From: a virus
Taxonomy: Duplodnaviria > Caudoviricetes
Length of the DNA stretch: 39,531 bases
Reading direction: 5' to 3' (one strand)
Virus record (IMG/VR): IMGVR_UViG_3300042393_000674
Span: 1 to 39,531 of that record
The notes below the pieces were generated by a model. That model saw only the letters and a list, made by a program, of their open reading frames with translations. It made no database searches and was not told the origin of the DNA. A program made the position numbers and the translations under genes. Below are positions 19,407 through 29,500 of this stretch, in pieces. Each line of letters starts with the position of its first letter. Position 1 is the first letter of the stretch.

Positions 19407-19997
19407 TTAATCGTCAGCGCTATATGTAGGACTGAATAGGATTTCTACCATACCTCGAACAGGTTTCCAGGTACGTCTAAAAATATTGTCTTGTGGTTCA
19501 GTTACTCGTAGTTCAAAGAAACCATAAACAGGGGTAGACACTGTAGGAACCTGAGTCCATGTAGCGCCCAGAGTTTTTGGAAACTGTAAGTATACTTTAC
19601 TTAAAGTTGTTTCTGCCCAGTTAGTGCTTAAGTTCGGTGTTGTTGAACTTGTTACCGCTACTCCACTAAGTAGTTTATAGTATTTTGCACCATAATAAAC
19701 TATTTCTTCTTTGTTATAAGCTTGAGCTGAATCCCAGTTACCACGATTAGTTGGAACCCTAACAGTTAATATATTTGTTATACCGCCAGGTTTAACTGCT
19801 GTAGGAGTAACAATCTGTTCAACAGTATTATTTGCTTCAACAACTACTGCTTCGTATGTGTAGCCTGCCATTGCGTTTTCTACAAAGTTTAAGGTAACAG
19901 GAAACTCTAATTGCTCTCCACGAACAAAACTCCAGAGTACGTCACCGCCATCTGTTATAAGATCAATTGATGGGTCTAATAGTCTAGATCTTGCCAT
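19407..19997 (-). CDS. putative fibre collar/anchor protein (T5 p132/BppU-N-like) with inserted small carbohydrate-binding-type motif
   Basis: RGEQLEF...GFFELRV...VRGMVEILFSPT pattern resembles BppU-N/p132 folds; internal W-x4-AY-x5-VYYG..Y...P...W; position upstream of the fibre genes. Confidence 0.5.
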   Translation of the reverse strand: MARSRLLDPSIDLITDGGDVLWSFVRGEQLEFPVTLNFVENAMAGYTYEAVVVEANNTVEQIVTPTAVKPGGITNILTVRVPTNRGNWDSAQAYNKEEIVYYGAKYYKLLSGVAVTSSTTPNLSTNWAETTLSKVYLQFPKTLGATWTQVPTVSTPVYGFFELRVTEPQDNIFRRTWKPVRGMVEILFSPTYSADD

Positions 19998-20331
19998 TTT
20001 TAATACCTTGTCTTAATAGTTTAAAGCTACTTACTTCATTAGTAAGAGCAATAACCTCAGTTTGTAGCCGCTGATTTTCTACAGTTAACATTTGTAGTTG
20101 TGTATTTAATGCGATTACTTCGTTGTGTAATCTACCTAGTTCTACACTTAGTGATGTATTCTGTTCGCCCATACGTTCTAGTTCTGTGTGCATTAAAGTA
20201 ATTACGCTAGTTTCCGCACTAGTACTTTTCCAGTCTTTTAGCAGTTTCTGTATTCCAACTGAGAAAGCAACAACTGCTAACGCAACTAGTGAAACTGTCT
20301 GAATCAGGCTGTGATCATTAATATCTACCAT
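19984..20331 (-). CDS. single-TM coiled-coil membrane protein, possible holin/lysis regulator
   Basis: AAGGAG RBS; one hydrophobic helix (VSLVALAVVAFSVGI) then a long leucine heptad coiled coil; first gene after the promoter. Confidence 0.45.
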   Translation of the reverse strand: MVDINDHSLIQTVSLVALAVVAFSVGIQKLLKDWKSTSAETSVITLMHTELERMGEQNTSLSVELGRLHNEVIALNTQLQMLTVENQRLQTEVIALTNEVSSFKLLRQGIKNGKI

Positions 20332-20454
20332 AATCAGATCTCCTTATTGGCAGTGGTTATATATTTACTTATAATCCAAACGGCAAGTCTGCCTTTTAGA
20401 TTAAGGTAAAAGCTTGTCAAGAAAAAATATTGAAACGTTCTTGCATTTTGGTAT

Positions 20455-20483
20455 ATTATACCACAAGGGCGGTGAGTTGTCAA
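20455..20483 (-). promoter_or_regulatory. sigma70 consensus promoter for the appendage/lysis operon
   Basis: TTGACA (20483-20478), 17 bp spacer, TATAAT (20460-20455), with a TG extended -10. Confidence 0.9.
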
Positions 20484-20486
20484 TGC

Positions 20487-20521
20487 AAAAAAATACCCTG
20501 CCCAATTAATGGACAGGGTAT
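20487..20521 (-). terminator. intrinsic terminator after the tail-tip operon
   Basis: ATACCCTGTCCA-TTAAT-TGGGCAGGGTAT stem (one G-U pair) followed by a T run; just after the 868-aa gene stop. Confidence 0.9.
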
Positions 20522-20536
20522 AATTTTTGTGGAAGT

Positions 20537-23143
20537 TTAAGCTTCAATTCCTCCGCCACTACTACTAAAGAAGAAAGTTGTATTTCTACTACTTGGGCTT
20601 ATAGTGTAGGGTGATATTTCAACACTTGCAACTAAAGTAATTAGTGAATAAGGCGAGGTTCCGTTAACAAAGCCTGACCAACCAAATCCTGAGCCTGAAC
20701 TAGCACCTGCATTAACAGTAACACTAGGTAAATCAAACCCAGCACTGTTTTGCAAAACATAACCACTAAAGTAGAAAGTTTGAGCTGTAGGTGAAGGGCC
20801 ACTTAATGTTACATTAACTGTAACATTAATATTTCCAGTTGAATTGCTATTAGTGTAGCTTACTGTCCATGTTGCTGTTGGAGGGGTCCATCCGCAACTA
20901 GTACTATAGTACTCTACAACTTGTGCATAAGTTCCGCCAGAACCGTTAGCGTAGTTTTGATATAATGTAGTTCCACTACAATATTCTCCACCAACTGCTG
21001 TTCCTGCATTTAAAACTACTTGAACACGAGCACTTCTGTAGTTGCCGCTATAAGGGAAATAAACCCAGAGTCTTTTATCTGCTGCAGTGGTACTAATAGC
21101 AGAACCTAGTACTGTGTTAATATAGTAACCTGAACTGTCGAGGTAAAAAGGCGTTGAACTTGTAAAAGTTCCTAGTGCTGGTTGTGCATCGCCATTGTTA
21201 GTTGAAACTATATAAGCAGTAGCATTAGGTGATCCGTCAAATATTTCAAGGTCTGTATAGCTGTTTAAACTAACTATTGAAGGGCTAGCACTTATGGTTT
21301 CATTATAAGTCTGTGTCCATCCGCAAGTAGCGCTGTTATTAGTATCTACGTTATAAGTGCCATAAGTAGCGTCTGGCCCATTGTAGTAAGTGTTTCTTAG
21401 CGTATAAGGCGCAACGCCATAACTTAAACACGATGAACTTTGTAAGGTCCCTGGAGCAATATATCCACAAGTAGTACTATTACTAGTATCAAAGTTTCCG
21501 CTTCCACCGCTGCCATTTGCTATAACCTGTCTGAGCGTATAAGGGCTAACTCCATAGTCATACAAACAAGAAGCGCTAAGGAGCGTACCTGCAGTAGGCC
21601 ACAAAGAAGTATCGTTAATAGTAATAGTGGAACTCGTAACTAGTAAAACACCACTAGGACTACCAAGCCTAACAGATACTGTAAAAGTTTGAGCACCTTC
21701 AGTTATATTGTCTACTTGCGGAGTTATTGAAAATGATCCAGAATCATTAGCCATAGTAAAATAACCCGAATTTGCATAAAAATCAGCTGCTGTAGTTGTA
21801 ACGTGATTAATACTCCAGTAATGTGTACCGGCAGTAGTATTTGTACCGCTTACGGTTATTGATAAACTATTAAAATCTTCATTTACATTATTAGCAGCAG
21901 GAGTTATAGTATACTCTGTAACAACAGCTGTACTTGTATCAAGTATACTTATATCTATGTAAGGATATGATCCAGTATTCACTTGTAGTCTAAAAGTTTG
22001 TGTGCCTTCAGTAAGGTTGTCGTTTCTTACAGTAAAGGTAGCTGTAGCAGTATTATTGTTAACAGTAAAATTACCTGTAAGAGCCCCAGCAGTTAAGTCT
22101 AGAGCCTCAATACCTGTTACAGTGTATGCTATAGCAGTACCATTAGCTATATTTGTTGTTGTTAATGCAATTGTAAAACTGCCGCCTTCATTAACACTAC
22201 TAACATTGCTGCTTAACGAGTATGTAGGAATAGCCCCGCCACCTGTACCAGCACCAGAAGCTTGATATAAATCAGCATCTGCTACAATAATACTTAAGTT
22301 AGTGTATGTGCCTGCAAAATATGTTGCAAAAAGAGGCGTAAAACTCATTTGCTCACTATCATTAGCGGTACGCATTGTTCTACTTTCTATGTACTGTCCA
22401 ACGCGTTTAAACACTACATCAAAAACTGCCCAGTCTGTGTAGTTTGTACTGCTACTATACTCATCTACTACAGTTCTTTGACTTGCAAAAGCCACTGCGG
22501 TTTTGGGTAGCAAATATATGGGATTAGTAGGTGTAGATAAGTATAGTGAGGTGCCTGTAGGAGAATTAGGAGTATTAGGCGGGCTAGTATCAGTGGGTAG
22601 TGCAAAATTATTTGATATATCATAAGGCACTAGTTGCATAAAATTACTGTCAAATGTTTTCTTTTGAGGAGTAGCAGAATTATACATTCGTAGCGCTGGA
22701 CCTGTTGAAGTCAAGCTACTTAAACCAGCTATATCTACTGCAAAAATATATGCAGTAGGTAAACTATAAGTAGTAGAATTTGTGCCTGCTAGAGTACTGG
22801 CAAAAACTTCGCAATCAAACGATAAGTTATTTAAAACTGGAGAAGTTGAAGTTATTTCAGCCACAGAAGTTGGAAATAAATACCATACTTCTTTTTCTGG
22901 CTGATCTGGTACAATTGAATCAGGTAATGTCCATAATACTATATAATTTCCTACTCCCATAGTTATAGTGGGAGTGCTATAAAATCTTCTTGTATATCCG
23001 TCGTGTAAATTTAGTTGTTGTAACTCGTCCCCAGCTGAAGGCGTAGCGTTAAACTCTAGTTTTCGTATAAAAGTAGGGTTAACGTAATCACTGTCTATTA
23101 ATAGTTCATTATTATTGTTTATAATTCTAAGACCGTATGCCAT
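20537..23143 (-). CDS. tail-tip receptor-binding/accessory protein with Calx-beta/Ig-like and Cys-paired repeats
   Basis: MAYGLRI..N..LIDS N-terminus typical of genes downstream of gpJ-like fibres; two VNE...D..TEG.QTF Ig-like domains; three C...CG[YW] repeats. Confidence 0.65.
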   Translation of the reverse strand: MAYGLRIINNNNELLIDSDYVNPTFIRKLEFNATPSAGDELQQLNLHDGYTRRFYSTPTITMGVGNYIVLWTLPDSIVPDQPEKEVWYLFPTSVAEITSTSPVLNNLSFDCEVFASTLAGTNSTTYSLPTAYIFAVDIAGLSSLTSTGPALRMYNSATPQKKTFDSNFMQLVPYDISNNFALPTDTSPPNTPNSPTGTSLYLSTPTNPIYLLPKTAVAFASQRTVVDEYSSSTNYTDWAVFDVVFKRVGQYIESRTMRTANDSEQMSFTPLFATYFAGTYTNLSIIVADADLYQASGAGTGGGAIPTYSLSSNVSSVNEGGSFTIALTTTNIANGTAIAYTVTGIEALDLTAGALTGNFTVNNNTATATFTVRNDNLTEGTQTFRLQVNTGSYPYIDISILDTSTAVVTEYTITPAANNVNEDFNSLSITVSGTNTTAGTHYWSINHVTTTAADFYANSGYFTMANDSGSFSITPQVDNITEGAQTFTVSVRLGSPSGVLLVTSSTITINDTSLWPTAGTLLSASCLYDYGVSPYTLRQVIANGSGGSGNFDTSNSTTCGYIAPGTLQSSSCLSYGVAPYTLRNTYYNGPDATYGTYNVDTNNSATCGWTQTYNETISASPSIVSLNSYTDLEIFDGSPNATAYIVSTNNGDAQPALGTFTSSTPFYLDSSGYYINTVLGSAISTTAADKRLWVYFPYSGNYRSARVQVVLNAGTAVGGEYCSGTTLYQNYANGSGGTYAQVVEYYSTSCGWTPPTATWTVSYTNSNSTGNINVTVNVTLSGPSPTAQTFYFSGYVLQNSAGFDLPSVTVNAGASSGSGFGWSGFVNGTSPYSLITLVASVEISPYTISPSSRNTTFFFSSSGGGIEA

Positions 23144-23151
23144 AGGTTACC

Positions 23152-23553
23152 TTATTTAACAAAAACATATAAAACTGTGTCTGTGTATGAAAATGTGGGT
23201 ATGAAAAGTCCTGCGTCTCCTGGTGTATATGTATTTCGAAACCAAGTAATATAAGGAACTCCAATTGTTGAGTTATTGGTACCGTCCCCGACACCTAATT
23301 CCCAAGAGTGTAATCCTGGACGAAGTTGAATAGGCCTTATACTTCGTCCAGTATACTCTGGAAAATCTTTAAAGTAGTTAAAAAATCCAGTGCGTGTAGG
23401 AATTGCTACACGTCGTGTATATCCAGTTGTTTCAGCCGGGCTATCTGTTAGTGTAAATGTTTGACCATATACTGCACTTGGCGTAGATGGCTGCAAAACA
23501 ACGGTAGTGCCGTCGGCTTTAAAAGTTTTTATGCCATATATAGTAGTAGCCAT
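23152..23553 (-). CDS. small tail-tip accessory protein (133 aa)
   Basis: TAATG coupling to the central fibre gene; YGIKTFKADG N-terminus parallels YGLRIIN of the next gene. Confidence 0.55.
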   Translation of the reverse strand: MATTIYGIKTFKADGTTVVLQPSTPSAVYGQTFTLTDSPAETTGYTRRVAIPTRTGFFNYFKDFPEYTGRSIRPIQLRPGLHSWELGVGDGTNNSTIGVPYITWFRNTYTPGDAGLFIPTFSYTDTVLYVFVK

Positions 23554-26516
23554 TAACTTAAATCTCCAATAATAACACGAGCAACATTATTTTGGTACAC
23601 TATAATTCTATTATCAAACATTCTTATAAAGTTCCCACTTAATTCAGTAGATCTATCTTTTCCGATTTGTAGTCTTTCTGCTGCAATAAACCCAGTAGTA
23701 ATTTTAGCCCCGTCAATAATTGTAGCGGCCGCTGTTACACTATTAGCAAACGTAGCAGTAGATGCAGCAGTAGTAATCTTTGAATCTACAGTAGCACCTG
23801 TTACTAACCCTGATGTAGCAGTACTAATTTTAGTGTCTACAGTAGCACCTGTTACTAACCCTGATGTAGCAGTACTAATTTTAGTGTCTACAGTAGCACC
23901 TGTTACTAACCCTGTAGTAGCAGTAGTAATTTTAGTGTCTACCGTACTAGGAGTAGCATAGGTGTTATTAGTAAAAGTTACTAAACCATTAAAGTTTTGA
24001 TGAGTAAATACAGAACTAATTGTTACGGTTTGTGCACCACCAGCAACTGTTTCTTGTACACTATAACGAACTGCCCACATCTTTAAACTAGCATCAGCAG
24101 GCGCGACCGAAATAGTTGTAGACCAGCCACTAGTTATAGTACCAAACTCTCCCGTACTAAAAACATACCCGCTTGCTGTAGGAGCAGTTGGAGCAGTTGC
24201 AGAAGCTGTGTCATAGTACAAATATCCAGTAGAATTTTTTAACGGTGGATTTATTACAGTTGTGCCCTCAACGCGAACTGGTGTTTGCCAAGTGTACATA
24301 GTAGCATTAACTGCACGGCTACCAAAACTTGTCCATAATGGATCAGTTCCTGTTGCTGCTGCTACAGTTGCATACCAACCGCTGGGAGTACCTGCACTAG
24401 CTGCAGGGGTTGCCGGAGGGTTAGAAGTACTACGAATGTATATCTGAGTAATACCTTCGCCTGTGTCGCCTTTAACACCATCTTTGGATTTATTTAGCGA
24501 TAATTCTTTAGTAATGGTTTTTGCATTTGCAGTACCACTGTTAATAGTGGCAGTAAACACAGCGACTGCACTATTTGTATTAAGTGCATTAATTGTAATA
24601 ACACCTGCAGCACTAATAGTGCAATCATTAGCAACGGTGCTACCACTATAACTAACTTTTGCAAAGGTAACAGCTGGAGTAGTTGAAGCAGTTAAAAAGG
24701 TTATTCCAAGTGCTGCATAAAACGTACTAGTAAGCGGAAACTGTCCTGTTATAGGATCGCCTGCACTATCACAGCTAATTGTTTGATTTTCGTTGGAAAG
24801 TCCACCAATAAAAGCATCGTCGCCTTCACGTAAACTGTATACTGTAAAAATATCAAACTCTGAGTAAGCTACGCTATCAACTGTTTCGGTAACAGTAACT
24901 CTAACAGTTTTTGAGCCTACTGCTGCAAAACTGTTTAGCGTAAACGTGTTAGTACTAGCTGTGCCAATAGTTGATGTAGGAGCAACGCCATCTACTAACC
25001 AAGTGTAAGTTGGGTTAACAAAATTACTTTGAATAGCAGTTAGTACAATACTTGCAGGCGATACTGTAGTAGTATTTTTTGCAGTTATAAATATTTGACC
25101 AGGTGCTACAATAGATACTGCGCGAGCAGTAGCTCCTTTTAGACCTTCTTTTGACTTTGCAAAACTTTGACGTTTTACAATTGTAAAGTCTTTTCCAGTG
25201 CTTGTTTTACCAGTAATTGTATAATCTATGTATGCAACATCCTTGTCGTCATCCATAGCAGAGTGTGTATCAAATTCAATATAGTTTGCAAAAACACCAG
25301 GAGTTGGATCGCATACAATATTAACATCATCAATAGTAGTTATTCTCCATGTGCCGTTAGCAAAAGGGCTACTAGTATCTACGGCTAAATAAGTATTACC
25401 CTCTTTGACTTGAATAACTGTGCCGCTGCCTTGATAACTACTAAGGGTAGTTGTACCATCTTGATATGAAGGAATCTGATGTGATTCATTTACCAATTCA
25501 ACAGTAATTTGTTCTGATCCATCGTTAATACGATAAATGGTAAGAACATCTGATACTGTACCTAGCGTAGCAGTTACCGTTGCAGTACCAATAGTTACGC
25601 CAAGTGCATCAAATTGAGCTTTTGTAATTGTTATTGTATTTGTAGCTTGAGTAAAAGCAATAGCTCCAAGGCTAGTACCTTCACGGGTAAAAGCTTGAAC
25701 AGTAAATGTAGGAGTACCAGTTAAATTAACTAAACGTGCAGTAATTGTAGTTGATGGTGTTAGTGAGCTTGTAGCAAACTGATCCTTGTAAAGAAACTCT
25801 TTGTTAGGAGTACTAAGTTGAATTAGTGGTGCAGTTTCTCCAGCTTTGGCTCGATAAACATTCCATGTTTGTTCTACAACTATATTATTATAAGTAGCTG
25901 TAAAAGTAACGTTACCACCATCGTCCGTTAGACCAGTACAACTATAAACACCTGTTGTGGCATTTATAACTGCTCCAGTAAGGCTATCCAAGCTATTAGC
26001 TTTAATAGCGTAAACAGGGCCTGTACCTGTAGGTAAACCCATTCCACCAGTAACTTCTTGACTTAAGTTAAATACCCTGAAAACACCAGTAGCATTAGTA
26101 AAGTCTCCGCCAGTGCCATCAGCTTTTGTTACTATAGGTACAGGATCGTTTGTTAGATTGCCGTAAACAGTTACGTTTTCGTCAAAAACCACGGCTGTTA
26201 ACTGTGCAGAAACTGTATAAGATCCAGGGCCCGTAGGGCCAGCTGGATCTACTTCATCTTCATCGATTGCACTAACAAAAGCATATTTTACATAATATCT
26301 GGTGTTAGGTGTTAATCCAGTAATAATTACACTTAAGCTGTTACCAGAAGGCACAAGTGTGCCTTCTCCATTATTTGGATTAAATCCGCTAACTAATGAG
26401 TACCATACCTTCACAGATGCCAGGTCATCCCTAACATCTGTGGTTCTAATAGCATCGTATGGTTTGTCCAATACTAACTGTAATGATTTTATGCCTGGAT
26501 ATAAATATGCCGCCAT
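23553..26516 (-). CDS. central tail fibre / spike (C-terminal half of a split gpJ; T5 pb4 position)
   Basis: N-terminal FN3-like strand pattern (ITGLTPNTRYYVKYA), Ig-like repeats, short collagen-like hinges (KDGVKGDTGEG), C-terminal IDGAKITTG.I.A..L...RVIIGDL resembling gpJ C-termini. Confidence 0.7.
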   Translation of the reverse strand: MAAYLYPGIKSLQLVLDKPYDAIRTTDVRDDLASVKVWYSLVSGFNPNNGEGTLVPSGNSLSVIITGLTPNTRYYVKYAFVSAIDEDEVDPAGPTGPGSYTVSAQLTAVVFDENVTVYGNLTNDPVPIVTKADGTGGDFTNATGVFRVFNLSQEVTGGMGLPTGTGPVYAIKANSLDSLTGAVINATTGVYSCTGLTDDGGNVTFTATYNNIVVEQTWNVYRAKAGETAPLIQLSTPNKEFLYKDQFATSSLTPSTTITARLVNLTGTPTFTVQAFTREGTSLGAIAFTQATNTITITKAQFDALGVTIGTATVTATLGTVSDVLTIYRINDGSEQITVELVNESHQIPSYQDGTTTLSSYQGSGTVIQVKEGNTYLAVDTSSPFANGTWRITTIDDVNIVCDPTPGVFANYIEFDTHSAMDDDKDVAYIDYTITGKTSTGKDFTIVKRQSFAKSKEGLKGATARAVSIVAPGQIFITAKNTTTVSPASIVLTAIQSNFVNPTYTWLVDGVAPTSTIGTASTNTFTLNSFAAVGSKTVRVTVTETVDSVAYSEFDIFTVYSLREGDDAFIGGLSNENQTISCDSAGDPITGQFPLTSTFYAALGITFLTASTTPAVTFAKVSYSGSTVANDCTISAAGVITINALNTNSAVAVFTATINSGTANAKTITKELSLNKSKDGVKGDTGEGITQIYIRSTSNPPATPAASAGTPSGWYATVAAATGTDPLWTSFGSRAVNATMYTWQTPVRVEGTTVINPPLKNSTGYLYYDTASATAPTAPTASGYVFSTGEFGTITSGWSTTISVAPADASLKMWAVRYSVQETVAGGAQTVTISSVFTHQNFNGLVTFTNNTYATPSTVDTKITTATTGLVTGATVDTKISTATSGLVTGATVDTKISTATSGLVTGATVDSKITTAASTATFANSVTAAATIIDGAKITTGFIAAERLQIGKDRSTELSGNFIRMFDNRIIVYQNNVARVIIGDLS
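23767..23942. repeat. 51-bp tandem repeat (~3.4 copies) in the central fibre gene
   Basis: Unit tctacagtagcacctgttactaaccctgatgtagcagtactaattttagtg at 23785 and 23836 (identical) and 23887 (variant); encodes GLVTGATVDTKISTATS. Confidence 0.95.
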
Positions 26517-26525
26517 GCTTATCCT

Positions 26526-29500
26526 TTAAGTAATAGTTCTAACAACTATTGTTCCTAGAGTACTTATAGTACTATAATTACCTTGTTTATCTAATGCTCT
26601 ACAAGCCACTCTATAAGTAACTCCAGATTGTGAAAGTCGTGGTCTTGGTTGTTCGCGAAGATCAAACCTAGCTTCACCAGTACTTTTTATAACTTTAATA
26701 TTGTTTGTTATCAAATCTAATTCCCAGAAATCTTCTATGCCCGTATCTTTAAATAATCTGTACTCATAAGTTAAAAAGTCAGGTGTTTGCAATGTAACAT
26801 CTGGTTTTACAACAACAAAAGTACGGTCTAAGTCTAGGGTTAGTAGCGGCGCAGCAGATCCGTTAATTGTTTTTCCAGCATTTGTAAACCAAAAGGTATC
26901 AGACCAAGGTCCTACAATAGTGCCGCTACCGTTAGTATACCTAACCCTAGCTTTATAAATAATACCAGAAGTAAGTTGTTGCACAAAGATACTAGAAGTA
27001 TCTTTATTAGCATAGTATGATGGTGAGGCAGTATCAAACATTACGTCTCCAGCTATTACCTGTAGCTGTACGCGCTCAGCGCTTTTACTTAAACCTGGCG
27101 CATTAGTATAACTAACAATAGCAGTATTAGTATAAGTTCCGGTAGTGATTTGCTCACTAATAGCACTATCACTATTTACTGAAACAATAGTAGGTGCTTC
27201 CTTAATTATTGAGTCAACTAAATAATTAGCAGTACTTGTAATGTTTGAGTTATAAGCTAAGTATCCTGATAAGTCTGCAGTATAAATCTGTGGTGAATAG
27301 TCTGCTAGTGTAAGTTTTGCACTTATATTACCAGAAGTTTCGATGCTTAATACAACGAGTTCTTGTGACTCTTTACTTATTTCGCCCAACATAAATAAAT
27401 CATCAGGATTTATATTGTCAGCAGTTATTAATGCGGTAGTTAAGCTAATAGTATCATAGTAACCAGTTATTGAAATTGCTGTTAAAGTTTTTAATACACT
27501 AGCACCAGTATTAGTTCTGACTCGAATATTATAAGACTTACCGGCTTCTAAATAAACGTCTTCTGTTAAAGATATATTTATACTGTTTACTTGACAAGCT
27601 TTAATACGCCCACTGCCGTTACCCCAAAGAGGAACATCGTGTGTAACACGTACTACATCTCCACGATTACAAACTAAGTATTCAAAGTCTACATTTAATG
27701 AATACATTTCTGGACGTAATTTTAACTGGGCCATGTGCCATTGAGCAATATGTTTTGCTTGAGCAAAGTTAGTTACACCGGGCAAGCTAATTTCTTCGAA
27801 CAACTCTGCATTACTTTCATTTTTGCCAACATTGTATACTCTATACTCATTTGCTTGATAACCTTTTTCTTCATCAGCAATAGTAATACGGAATGCATCT
27901 GGTATGCGTGGAAGTATTTTTGTAGACTCGAAACCCCAGCTATTGTGTGGAGTAAAGTGTTGAACTACTCCTGAACGTTCTTTGTCAATAACTACTGTCC
28001 ACTTTCCATCGATGTAATTCGGGCTAGCTTTACCAGCTGAACAAATATCTTTTAATACATCCATAACACTACTAACACTAGTTATTACGGCATTGTAAGT
28101 AAGCCAAGGTTTAGTAGTATCTTTTGTATATTTGCCATTTGCATAAGTCATAGGTTCGCAAAATTTAAACCACTCTGCTAGTGCATTTAGGTCTATGTAA
28201 TTTGCAGCATCTGTAATATTATCCGCTACTCTATAAGCATTGGCAGGATGTGTTAGTACGTAAATAAATAAAGCAGCTGGATTATTAGTTACGTCTACTG
28301 TTTTCCAATCATTTGTCTGACGATTTAGTACATTAGCTTTAGTTTGTACTAAAGCATTTACTCCTTCTAAACTTCCATTTATTTTATTAGTACTTTGCAA
28401 TTTAATAAAAGTTCTTGCTAAGTAACAATTAGGAGGATTTTTTACAACACGAATAGGCACTAGTTGATTGCTAGAATTTAAGGTTTGTTTATTATATCCA
28501 GTTACGCCGTAAAGTATTGCTTTGGTATAATACCTATAATCTGGATCTTCTTCTCTTTCTGTTACATCATTATTTGTTCTTAGTATTTGTAACGAGTATT
28601 TTGCTCGTGGTAAGCCGCGCATTTTATAAACAAAATTAAATGCGTCTTTTCGTTGAGAAAAGAAACCATCCCTACCAAATATTAACTCACCACCCATGTT
28701 GTTAGTAATATTTAATCCAGCGTTATTAGTATACCAAATACCTAAAGCTGCTGCTTTTAAACCGCCTTGTGAGTTTACAGCTTTCATTCTTACAGTATGA
28801 ACACTATTTTCTTCAGCATAAAACCATGTTTTTGCCAAAGACCCATAAGCATTTTTAGTTAGTGTAATTAAATTAGCACCGTCAATTAGTATAGAACCTT
28901 CATCGTCAGCAACTCCCCAAATCTCATAGTATCCTGCTTTAGGAAAAGTTACTGTTGCGGTTTTATCAAAATTAACATTATTTATGTTACTGTCCCAGAC
29001 CCCATAATCTTTTAGAAACTGATTCCAGCCTCGCCAATCTGCTACCCCACTTGGCTGAGTAATAGTAGAAAATTGAGTAGAGCTAAATATAAGTTGCGGA
29101 GTTGTGGCTGCAACTGAATTGTCAACAAAACGTCCAGCACCTATTGTAACTATATAGTCACTAGTGTATAGAGTATTGTTATCGCTATCTAAAACAGGCT
29201 GATTACTAGAATCAAGCTGTGGGGCTCTTAATACTGAAGTAAGAGCCAGACCTTCTACTACAGTAGTAGCAGTAGTGGCTAGATGGGATATTGTATCGTC
29301 TGGTAAATACGCAACGCCTTGAAAACATATTGTATGAAGTTTTTTATATCCGTTTGGAATTGTTGGCAGTCTTAAAGCTGTATTATTATCAGTACCAACA
29401 AAAGAAGCATATGAACCTTGTGTATATAATGTTACTAACCAAGGCGATGGGTTTGCGGTTTTTACGTCTGTAGCTGCTCCACTAAATACTTCTACACCAC

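Noticed and set aside
20390-20420. Second TTGACA (20420-20415) as a tandem promoter
   Set aside because: No acceptable -10 at 16-18 bp (best is TAAAAG).
23767-23942. Tandem repeat as a CRISPR array
   Set aside because: Units are contiguous with no unique spacers, are a multiple of 3 and lie in frame in a gene.
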